This document shows, piece after piece, positions 18,702 through 26,849 of a DNA stretch of 36,939 nucleotides (its first letter is position 1; the number at the start of each line of letters is the position of its first letter). The translations under genes and the position numbers were made by a program. The DNA is from Patescibacteria group bacterium. GTDB lineage: Bacteria; Patescibacteriota; Minisyncoccia; Phycocordibacterales; Zambryskibacteraceae. The notes beneath the pieces were generated by a model that saw nothing but the letters and a program-made list of their open reading frames with translations, was not told the origin of the DNA and ran no database searches. The DNA lies in contig SCSN01000004.1 of NCBI GenBank assembly GCA_004322205.1, positions 1 through 36,939 on the forward strand, in the 5' to 3' direction.

Positions 18702-19053
18702 CAGCCGCGTAAAGACTAAGCTTTTGCCTCGTCCACTTGGCCACGTAAAGCTAAGGCCGCGTGGCCGCGTGGACTTGCTGCAAGCAAGTCTTTACGCGGC
18801 TGTTCCTCCTGAACAAAATCCGAACTTTTTACCAAACGAATCCTGACTAAGGAAGCCAGCCCGCCGCCGCTCGCTACCACTCGCCACCCAGCAAAAAAGT
18901 TTTCTCTGCATTTCTGATTTTGCGCGCGCCGGATTTCTTCTTCCCCGCCTGCGCCGAGGCTTCAGCGGGCAGGTAAAAGGAAAAGAAAACTTTTTTGCTG
19001 GGTTCTGCTCTCTCCGGCGAAGCCGCGAGGCAACCTTTCAATCTTATCCTTGT
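18702..19053. mobile_element. Minimal integrative-element remnant at the tRNA-Gln 3' end with palindromes and tail copy 3 (18797-18850, plus strand)
   Basis: 16-bp IR 18702-18717/18787-18802; core GGCTG shared with the tRNA 3' end; CCCAGCAAAAAAGTTTT/AAAACTTTTTTGCTGGG IR; REP-like unit 18945-18973. Confidence 0.55.
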
Positions 19054-19127
19054 TGGCTGCCGGACTTGGACTCGAACCAAGATACTCGCCTCCAAAGGGC
19101 GATGTCCTACCATTAGACGATCCGGCA
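19054..19127 (-). tRNA. tRNA-Gln(TTG)
   Basis: Full cloverleaf, TCGCC-CTTTGGA-GGCGA anticodon arm, GGTTCGAGTCC T arm, encoded CCA. Confidence 0.96.
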
Positions 19128-19158
19128 AACTAATAAGCTTCGTCAGCTAATTAGCTAA

Positions 19159-20214
19159 TTAGCTTTGGGAGTTATTGTTTACCAAAAGTTTCACCAGCGC
19201 AAGTTCGACAGGAAGTTCTGGGATAGCGGTTCTAGATACCATATCGTGTGCGGAGAGAAATTCAGCGAGCGTGGCGGAGCTTATAGCATCAGTACCCTTG
19301 GCGGCTACTTTTTTCAAAAACTCGAGGTCTTCATCGGAGAAGTCCTCCGCGAATTCTTTCTCCATCTCTCCGGCATAGCGCAGAAGAAGAACTGCCCGCA
19401 GTTTCTGCAGGACGAGCTTGAGAAAAACCTTGATATCGATATTTTCATTCTTTGCCCGAGCAACAGTTCCGAGCGCTTTATCAATTTTCCTCTCCGCTAT
19501 GGCTTCAATAAAACCGTTGACAAGTTTGCCGCGCGGAGCGCCGGTAACTATCTCAACTTCTTCCGGGTCAATTTTCTTGCTGCGGCCAAAACTCAAGACC
19601 TTCTGCAAAATCCCCTGCGCGTCGCGAAACGAGCCTTCCGAGAGCACCGCTATAAGCTCCGCCGAGGACGGCTCCAGAGTAAATCCCTCCTTCTTTGCAA
19701 TGGAGAGCGCCAACTCCTTTAGCACCTTCTGGCCGGGGCGTTTGAATGAAAAAACCTGACAGCGGGAAAAAACAGTTTCCGGCACTTTTTCAATTTCGGT
19801 GGTGGCAAGGATAAAAATTGCGTGGCGGGGCGGCTCTTCAAGCGTTTTCAGGAAAGCGTTCCAGGCTTCTTTGGTAAGCATATGCGCCTCGTCAATAATA
19901 TAGACCTTGTAGGGAGACTCGAACGGCAGACTCAACACCGACTCGCGTATGGCGCGGACATCATCAATGCCGCGGTTGGAAGCGGCGTCAATTTCGTAGA
20001 GATCGGTCTGGCTGCAGCCGATATCTTTGGCAAAAATACGAGCAACGGATGTTTTTCCCGTCCCGCGAGAACCAGCAAAAAGATAGGCATGAGAGATGTT
20101 GCTGAGCTTAATTGAACCTTCAAGAACCTTAACCACCTGATCCTGACCGATGACGTCGGAAAAATTCTGCGGACGATACTTGCGATAGAGAGCGACGGGG
20201 TCAGTTTTATTCAT
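19159..20214 (-). CDS. dnaX: DNA polymerase III subunit gamma/tau (short form)
   Basis: ALYRKYRP, GSRGTGKT, EIDAASNRG, IIDEAHML, SRCQ. Confidence 0.96.
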   Translation of the reverse strand: MNKTDPVALYRKYRPQNFSDVIGQDQVVKVLEGSIKLSNISHAYLFAGSRGTGKTSVARIFAKDIGCSQTDLYEIDAASNRGIDDVRAIRESVLSLPFESPYKVYIIDEAHMLTKEAWNAFLKTLEEPPRHAIFILATTEIEKVPETVFSRCQVFSFKRPGQKVLKELALSIAKKEGFTLEPSSAELIAVLSEGSFRDAQGILQKVLSFGRSKKIDPEEVEIVTGAPRGKLVNGFIEAIAERKIDKALGTVARAKNENIDIKVFLKLVLQKLRAVLLLRYAGEMEKEFAEDFSDEDLEFLKKVAAKGTDAISSATLAEFLSAHDMVSRTAIPELPVELALVKLLVNNNSQS

Positions 20215-20314
20215 AGGGACACATTATAACAAAGCAGAAAAATTATCTAGGCCTGACATCTATACTCCAAAACACGAAGGGGCGAATCGCAGACGATTCG
20301 CCCCCGCTTCTTCA

Positions 20315-20725
20315 CTACTCCGCGTCGTAATCGAGATCCTCGTCCGGAAAATCACCGAATATCGGCGTTCTCCGCACGACAGAGAATTCTCCAGTGTCTT
20401 CTACTACAACCGAATGGAAGAGACCATTCTCAACCTCATCACTTCTGTCCTCCTCCTCATCCTCCAAGTAAACCATAAAGGCAGAGGCGTAAAGGGTAAC
20501 TTCATCTGCCGCCAGTCGAACATTCGACTCGCCGCAATCTCTCCACTGCCTTCCTCTTCCCCCTCCTCTGCTTTCTTTCTTGTGAATGGTGAGAACTTCT
20601 TCGGGGTCGAGCTCCTCCCCGCCACAGCTGCAGCCTTCGTCATTGAGGTACGTCTCCTGGTCGCGAAACTGTGCTTGGAGCGACCTGTACCCCTCCGGGA
20701 CCTCTCGTCTCTGCTGTTGTTGCAT
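20315..20725 (-). CDS. Acidic hypothetical protein
   Basis: SD AGGGGGA before ATG 20725; promoter TTGACC-18-TATAAT (20810-20781); hairpin ~20277-20310 downstream. Confidence 0.7.
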   Translation of the reverse strand: MQQQQRREVPEGYRSLQAQFRDQETYLNDEGCSCGGEELDPEEVLTIHKKESRGGGRGRQWRDCGESNVRLAADEVTLYASAFMVYLEDEEEDRSDEVENGLFHSVVVEDTGEFSVVRRTPIFGDFPDEDLDYDAE

Positions 20726-20811
20726 CGCAGTCCCCCTAGACGTGAGCGTGAAGAAAACATGAAACAACACCTCTAGCTAAATTATACCACTAAAAATAAA
20801 AACTGGTCAAG

Positions 20812-20820
20812 TTATCCACA
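20812..20820 (+). promoter_or_regulatory. Single consensus DnaA box
   Basis: TTATCCACA adjacent to a -35 hexamer. Confidence 0.4.
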
Positions 20821-20842
20821 GTCTCAAATTTTAGAAATTCGT

Positions 20843-23224
20843 CTACAAACCTTGCAAATCGGCGAGAGTGAGTTCAAGTGTTGAGCCGGGGCGTAATTTA
20901 CCGCCAATGATTTTATCGGCGACGACTTTCTCTACCGTATCTTGAATGGCACGATTGAGGGCGCGCGCTCCGAACTTCGGGTCGTTTCCCTTCTCGGCAA
21001 GAAACGAGAGGAGCGGGTCGTTTACGGCAAGGGTGATGCCGCGCTCCCGAAGCCGCCACTCGAGGCGCTTGAGAAGCAAACCCGCTACCTCTTTGAGCTC
21101 CCCGAGACGAAGCGGATGGAAAAAAACAATGGCATCAAAACGATTAAGGAGCTCCGCCTTGAAGATACCTTGAGAGATCATTGTATCTAGAATCTTTTCT
21201 CGATGGGCACTTGGATCTTGGCCGCGCTTGACGAGATCAAAAATCAAGTCACTGCCGGCATTCGAGGTAGCGATGATAATGAGATTGCGGGCATTGATTT
21301 TCCTGCCCGACGCGTCGGAAAACATCCCTTCATCAAGAATTTGCAAAAAGAGATCGAGGGCGAGCCGCTCCGTTTTCTCAAACTCATCAAGCAGAAGTAC
21401 TCCGTACGGCCGCTCACGCACGAGTGATGCGAGCACCCCCGGCTGGCGGCCGAGAGAGTCTCCTATGAGGCGCGAAAGAGCGTCGGCGCTCTCATATTCC
21501 GACATATCGAGGCGCGTCATCGCTCCCTCTGCGCCAAAGAAAATTTCGGAGAGCGCTTTGGCTGTTTCCGTTTTCCCAACACCTGTGGGGCCGAGAAAAA
21601 GAAATGAGCCGAGAGGACGGTTGGGATTGCCGACATGAGCGCGGGCGCGGCGCAGGGCGTTGCTAATCGCTCGGATAGCTTCATCCTGTCCGACAATGCG
21701 CTGGTGAAGATGCGCTTCAAGATTTTCAAGAAGCGCCGCGTCCGCCGAAGAAACACCGCCTGCCGGCACGCCGGTGCGCACCTCAACAATCGTTAGAACA
21801 TCATCAGGCATGAGCACCGCCTGTCTTTCTTCCCGCACCCTGACAATTGATTCTTCAAGAAGATCCTTGGCGGCATCGTAGAGAGGAGCAGAGACAAGGT
21901 ATTGAGCGGCGCCCCTCACGGCTTCCACCAAGGCCGGATAGGTGATAAAGACTCCCTCCCGGCTCTCAACAATCTCCACTTCTCCCTCAAGAAGAGAAAG
22001 GATCTCTTCCTCCGTTCCACCACGCACCATAACTACATCAAAGCGCTGCATCAGCTCCTGATTGCGTTCAATCAGGCGGTGGAAATCTTCCGTATTGCTT
22101 ACCGCCACGATGAAAATATCGGAGGAGCGCAGATAAGGATTCAAAATCTCAACAGCATTGACTTCAAGGGCCTCCGCCGCGGCGAGAAGAACCGGCAAAT
22201 CGGGAATGATAAGAACAATGTTGCCGGCTCTGTGTGCTTCGGCGAGAACTCTAGCAAGGGTGCGTTCAAATGCTTCTCTCGTAGCAAAGATGGTACAAAA
22301 ATCACCCGTTGCAAAAACAAGAAACCTTCTGCTGAATAGACGGGGGTTAGATTTGCGCCCCTCTGCCAGTCTTGCCAGTCGCTCAACTACCTCAATCTTC
22401 CCTGCACCCTCTTCGCCTACCAGAAGAGCGTTGCTTTCCGCGCTTTTTCCAAGAATTGTTTCGAGCGCCCTCATCTCTTCCTCGTGAAATGTCACCTCCG
22501 GCGGAAGCGTCTGGAGAAGAGGCGCACTTAGGCGCTCCAAAGTAAAGGCTCTGCCGTATGTCCAATGTTTGCCGACACCCTCAAAGCGAGCGAGGTTATC
22601 CGGATGCCACCAGCGCTCGCGATGAACTCGGCCCTGCCGCAGGCGGAGAACAAATCGGACACAGCGCAAAAAGAGATCTTCGGGGGTGGCGTGAGAAGAA
22701 AGAAAAGCAACGAATTCCGGGTAAGTTTGGAGAAGAGCTCGGAAATATACTTCGTCAAGAAGCTCTCTGTCGTCAACCGAAAATGTGCGTCGTTGGACAA
22801 TTTTCTTTGTTTGCGAAAGAAAGTACTGGCGCGAATCTTCGTCAATACCCAGGCGTTCAAGTATCTCGGAACCGAGAGAGGAGCGGAAGAAACCGAGAAG
22901 AGGATCCTGTCCGCTTCTAGAGACAAGCATCACAAGCTCAAGGGAATGAGACAGACGATGTCGCGATTCCTCAAAATAGAGGGAATAGAAATAAGCCTCC
23001 CAGAGAGCGAGTAGCAAAAAAACCACAAGAGAAAGAAAGAAGAGTCCCGAAAGCCGAGTGCTTGGTTCGGAGAAAACAATGCCAGAGGCAAGAGCAAATA
23101 GGATAAGAGAGAGGGCGAAGAAAATTTTGAGGAGGAACCGGCGCGTCTGGTGAGAAACAATATGCTCAAGAAAAGCGACTGGTCGCCAAGGAGAGAGCAT
23201 GTGTTCTAGATCGGCGAAGGTCAT
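20843..23224 (-). CDS. ClpA/ClpB-like double AAA+ ATPase with N-terminal TM helices
   Basis: D1 degenerate (GEEGAGKI, no DE Walker B); D2 intact (GPTGVGKT, RLDMSEY, LLDEFEK, ELLNRFD, GARAL). Confidence 0.9.
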   Translation of the reverse strand: MTFADLEHMLSPWRPVAFLEHIVSHQTRRFLLKIFFALSLILFALASGIVFSEPSTRLSGLFFLSLVVFLLLALWEAYFYSLYFEESRHRLSHSLELVMLVSRSGQDPLLGFFRSSLGSEILERLGIDEDSRQYFLSQTKKIVQRRTFSVDDRELLDEVYFRALLQTYPEFVAFLSSHATPEDLFLRCVRFVLRLRQGRVHRERWWHPDNLARFEGVGKHWTYGRAFTLERLSAPLLQTLPPEVTFHEEEMRALETILGKSAESNALLVGEEGAGKIEVVERLARLAEGRKSNPRLFSRRFLVFATGDFCTIFATREAFERTLARVLAEAHRAGNIVLIIPDLPVLLAAAEALEVNAVEILNPYLRSSDIFIVAVSNTEDFHRLIERNQELMQRFDVVMVRGGTEEEILSLLEGEVEIVESREGVFITYPALVEAVRGAAQYLVSAPLYDAAKDLLEESIVRVREERQAVLMPDDVLTIVEVRTGVPAGGVSSADAALLENLEAHLHQRIVGQDEAIRAISNALRRARAHVGNPNRPLGSFLFLGPTGVGKTETAKALSEIFFGAEGAMTRLDMSEYESADALSRLIGDSLGRQPGVLASLVRERPYGVLLLDEFEKTERLALDLFLQILDEGMFSDASGRKINARNLIIIATSNAGSDLIFDLVKRGQDPSAHREKILDTMISQGIFKAELLNRFDAIVFFHPLRLGELKEVAGLLLKRLEWRLRERGITLAVNDPLLSFLAEKGNDPKFGARALNRAIQDTVEKVVADKIIGGKLRPGSTLELTLADLQGL

Positions 23225-23607
23225 AGCAGTCGAATAAGACCGAGAGCAAAAAGAAAAAGAACGACCAGTGGGGCAACCAACCAGAGCAGGAAGAAGAGGG
23301 CGGTAAGGGCTAAAGCAGTGAGAAAGACAGCAAGTCCAAATAAAAGAGTTACGGAGCGGACCACAAAACCAACGAAGCGCAGAACACTGTTAATAATAAA
23401 AGTTTCGAACCACTGCCCCGGCTCAAGCCCTCGAGCGTAACCCTCGCTCATCCGCTCCCACGGTGCAAAGAGAGTTGTGATAAGAACAGAGAAAGAGAAA
23501 AAGTTACCGAGAAAAGCGAGGAGGTTGCGAAGATTTCGCGAGAGATCTCGAATGGCTAAGCTGTAATGCCAACCGACGTAGCGCGGAAGGATAGAAAGAA
23601 GTTCCAT
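23221..23607 (-). CDS. Membrane protein translationally coupled to the Clp-like ATPase
   Basis: 4-bp overlap with the ATPase gene; YVGWHY and TLFAPW motifs; hydrophobic. Confidence 0.85.
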   Translation of the reverse strand: MELLSILPRYVGWHYSLAIRDLSRNLRNLLAFLGNFFSFSVLITTLFAPWERMSEGYARGLEPGQWFETFIINSVLRFVGFVVRSVTLLFGLAVFLTALALTALFFLLWLVAPLVVLFLFALGLIRLL

Positions 23608-23628
23608 ACCAGTATTATACCCAATATC

Positions 23629-24468
23629 TCACGGTTGACTTCTATCTGTTTCGCCAGACTCTCTGTAAAAAACCTTATTACCGAAGCGAAGATCCAGAAC
23701 TGCGGCAGTGAGTTTACCACCATTCAACAGTCCCAGTTTCGGGTCGCTCAAGACCGACTCCAAATTCGAAAAGACTCGCTCGAGGTCGGCATTTGCTTCA
23801 AAAAGAATTTCACTTCCGGGCGCCACGGCAAGACGCACGTCACTCTCCGCCGTGAGAGTAAGCGTCTGCGGCTCAAGCCGAAGACCTTTCAGCCGCTCAA
23901 CCAGAGCGGCGAGGTTTGCAAAGAGCTTGCGCTCGATGGGATAGATTCCCAGTACTTTGCCGGGCAACTCTGAAATATAAACAAAGTAGAGCCTGGGCGG
24001 CACTTCCGCCACTGCGTCAAAAGCAAAGCCTTCCTTATCAATGAAATAGCACGATTGGGAAGACACTTCCCCGCCGCACCAGACTGCCGCCGGTTCACGC
24101 TCCTCGATAGAAAGAGTGAGCACATTGCGCCCAAGCTCGAGATCCACTGCAATGCGCGCAATGCGCGGGAACTGCTCTCTAATCTTTTTTTCGAGCGCTC
24201 CCTTCGGATAGAAGAAAATGTTGGCGCGAGAAAAAAGACGCGCGTAATTGCCGGCGAGAGCGGTTTGGGCTGTCGCTGCTATCGCCTCGCTTGTCACAAC
24301 CGAGTTGCCCGAGATCTCAACAGTGCGAATCTGCAAATACCGGTTCTGGGAAAAAAGCACCGGACCGCCCAAGAGAGCGATAAGAAACATGCCGCCGAAA
24401 GCGATTCTTTTGAGTAGCCGGAGCCGCTGCTTTCGTCGCAATTTTGGAGATCGGAGAAAAGCTCGCAT
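23629..24468 (-). CDS. FtsQ/DivIB-like POTRA protein
   Basis: Basic N-terminus + TM, I--VEISGN, FPRI--I-V, I-EREP-A-W, LDLRFGNKVFY. Confidence 0.85.
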   Translation of the reverse strand: MRAFLRSPKLRRKQRLRLLKRIAFGGMFLIALLGGPVLFSQNRYLQIRTVEISGNSVVTSEAIAATAQTALAGNYARLFSRANIFFYPKGALEKKIREQFPRIARIAVDLELGRNVLTLSIEEREPAAVWCGGEVSSQSCYFIDKEGFAFDAVAEVPPRLYFVYISELPGKVLGIYPIERKLFANLAALVERLKGLRLEPQTLTLTAESDVRLAVAPGSEILFEANADLERVFSNLESVLSDPKLGLLNGGKLTAAVLDLRFGNKVFYRESGETDRSQP

Positions 24469-24544
24469 ATTATAGAACTTTTAGCCCTGGCGCTTTCGTC
24501 TTGGCCCCGACTTCCCGTCGGGATTTCCAGCTCGGATTACAACA

Positions 24545-25813
24545 TTAATTCTTTGTAATTTCCGTGCAACCATTTAGATAAGGAACGAGGGCTTTGGGAA
24601 TTTTCACGGAGCCGCTCGCGGTTTGATTGTTTTCAACAAGCGCAACTAATATTCTGGGAGTGGGGATAGCTGTATTGTTTAGAGAGTGGGCATAAGATTT
24701 TTTGCCGTTATCATCATATTTGATGTTAAAGCGTCGGGTCTGGAAATCGTGGTAGTAAGAGGAGCTGGCAATTTCTCGATATGCTTTTTGAGAAGGCAAC
24801 CAAAGTTCAATTTCATACTGTTTCACTTTGCTTGCCGACAAATCTCCACCGCAGATCACCAGCCGTCGATAAGGCAACCCAAGACTTTCAATAAACTCTT
24901 CGGTGCGGCGCGTTAGCTCTTCGTGCAGGCGTTCGCTTTCTTCATGTTTGGCTTCACAGAGCACTAGTTGTTCCAACTTGTAAAATTCGTGAACGCGGAT
25001 AAGCCCTTTGATGTCCTTGCCGTGGCTACCGGCTTCGCGCCGATAACAGGGAGAAAATGCAAGAAACTTTTTCGGCAACTCTTCTTTCTTCAGAACCTCG
25101 TCCGCATAGAAAGCCATCATCGGCACCTCGGCCGTGCCGGAGAGAAATTCATCGTCTTGAGTTTTAAATAAATCTTCGGCTTCGTTGGGTAAGTGTCCAG
25201 TGCCGTAGAAATGCTCCTTGCGTACGATGGCCGGAGTAATGACATGCTGCGCGCCATTGACAGAAAAAAAATCACGGGCATAGTTCCAAACCGCCCAACT
25301 CAAATCAGCGCCGGTATTTAAAAGAAAATAACCGCGAAAACCGTGAGCCTTGATACCGCGCTCAAAATCCACCATGTCCAAAAAGGTCATGAGTTCAACA
25401 TGGTCCTTGATCGGAAAATTGAAGGTGGGCTTTTCACCCCAGATTTTTAGTTCAACATTATCTTTCTCTCCATCGCCTTCCGGCACAGAAACGTCGGGGA
25501 TATTCGGCACCTGAAGCATGAGCGCCTGCCATTCCTTCATGAGCTCGCGGAGCTCGTTCTCCTCTTCCTGAAGCGACTCTTTGAGCGTTTTCATTTTCTC
25601 AATCCATTCAAGCTTCAAGGCAGAGTTTCTCTCGGCGGCAATTTTGAGACTAAACTCATTCTGTTCGCGGCGCCGCTCTTCCACACGCGCCAGTACCTCA
25701 CGCCGCTTGTCATCGAGAGTAATGAGCTTATCCACGTCAAACTTAATTCGCTTCTTGCGGGCGGCTTCAAGAATAAGATCTTTGTTTTCTCTAATGAATT
25801 TGATGTCTAACAT
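24545..25813 (-). CDS. serS: Serine--tRNA ligase
   Basis: MLDIKFIREN, GTAEVP, CYRREAGSHG, GLIRVHEF-K-E, HSLNNT. Confidence 0.98.
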   Translation of the reverse strand: MLDIKFIRENKDLILEAARKKRIKFDVDKLITLDDKRREVLARVEERRREQNEFSLKIAAERNSALKLEWIEKMKTLKESLQEEENELRELMKEWQALMLQVPNIPDVSVPEGDGEKDNVELKIWGEKPTFNFPIKDHVELMTFLDMVDFERGIKAHGFRGYFLLNTGADLSWAVWNYARDFFSVNGAQHVITPAIVRKEHFYGTGHLPNEAEDLFKTQDDEFLSGTAEVPMMAFYADEVLKKEELPKKFLAFSPCYRREAGSHGKDIKGLIRVHEFYKLEQLVLCEAKHEESERLHEELTRRTEEFIESLGLPYRRLVICGGDLSASKVKQYEIELWLPSQKAYREIASSSYYHDFQTRRFNIKYDDNGKKSYAHSLNNTAIPTPRILVALVENNQTASGSVKIPKALVPYLNGCTEITKN

Positions 25814-25919
25814 GAATAGCTTTCTAGCTACTTAGCTTCACGAATTTCTAGAAAGCTTTCTAAAAAACTAATGAAGCTTGATAAGCATAATACTAGCAGA
25901 AAATGCTAAAATTTGGCAT

Positions 25920-26783
25920 ATGTCATACACAATTCGGGAACTCAAAAATTCAGAATTTCCCCCCCTTCTCAAGGAAATTCCCGATCCGCCGAAAAAGCTC
26001 TTCTGCGCCGGCACGCTGCCTCCAGCCGAAAACAAAATCCTTTGCGTCGTCGGCTCGCGTAAAGGGAGCGACTACGGACGAGAGGTTTGCGAGCAGATGA
26101 TTGCGGGATTGCGCGGCTTTCCCATCACTATTGTCTCTGGTCTCGCCCTCGGAATTGACTCTCTCGCCCACCGCGCCGCCCTCGAGAGTGGCTTACAAAA
26201 TATCGCTATCCCCGGCTCGGGGCTTGATCCGAAAGTTCTTTATCCGAGCTCTCATATCCACCTAGCAGAAGAAATTATTGAAAAAGGAGGAGCTTTGCTC
26301 TCTGAATTTGAGAATGACTTTCGAGCCGCCCCATGGTCATTCCCGCAGAGAAACCGAATCATGGCGGGCATGAGTCATGCTGCTTTCATCGTTGAGGCAG
26401 AGGCACGCTCGGGCACTCTTATCACCGCCCGCCTTGCCGCGGACTACAACCGCGATGTACTCACCGTCCCCGGCTCGATTTTTTCTCCAAACTCGGAAGG
26501 TCCGAATATGCTCATCAAGCTCGGTGCCGTTCCTGTCACCTCCCCTGAAGATATTTTGAAAACTCTTGGATTTGAAGTTGTTGAGAGGCGCAAATTATAC
26601 GATTCGTATGAAAACCTGTCGCCCGAAGAGAAAAAAATAGTTGGACTTCTCACAAATCCCATGTCTCGCGATGAATTAATCCGCGCTCTCAACGTGCCGG
26701 CAAGCCAAGTCAATATGATTCTCTCTGCGATGGAAATAAAAGGACTTATAGCTGAATCAATGGGAGAAATCCGTCTAAACTAG
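25920..26783 (+). CDS. dprA: DNA-processing protein A
   Basis: IPDPP, VVGSR, VSGLALGID, FPQRNRIMAG, SGTLITA, VPGSI. Confidence 0.96.
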   Translation: MSYTIRELKNSEFPPLLKEIPDPPKKLFCAGTLPPAENKILCVVGSRKGSDYGREVCEQMIAGLRGFPITIVSGLALGIDSLAHRAALESGLQNIAIPGSGLDPKVLYPSSHIHLAEEIIEKGGALLSEFENDFRAAPWSFPQRNRIMAGMSHAAFIVEAEARSGTLITARLAADYNRDVLTVPGSIFSPNSEGPNMLIKLGAVPVTSPEDILKTLGFEVVERRKLYDSYENLSPEEKKIVGLLTNPMSRDELIRALNVPASQVNMILSAMEIKGLIAESMGEIRLN

Positions 26784-26849
26784 CTTCCGGCTTCAAACCT
26801 CTGCAGGTTGCATTGAAAAAGTATTTATAGTACTAATTGATTCCAACAT

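Noticed and set aside
18874-19128. 84-aa ORF
   Set aside because: Read-through of tRNA-Gln and palindromic repeats.
20812-20820. Replication origin
   Set aside because: Only one DnaA box, with no cluster, unwinding element or dnaA gene nearby.
25815-25885. TAGCT/AAGCT-rich short palindromes (also ~1050-1087 and ~19130-19165)
   Set aside because: Low-complexity and short; I cannot distinguish a repeat family from chance without a genome-wide count.
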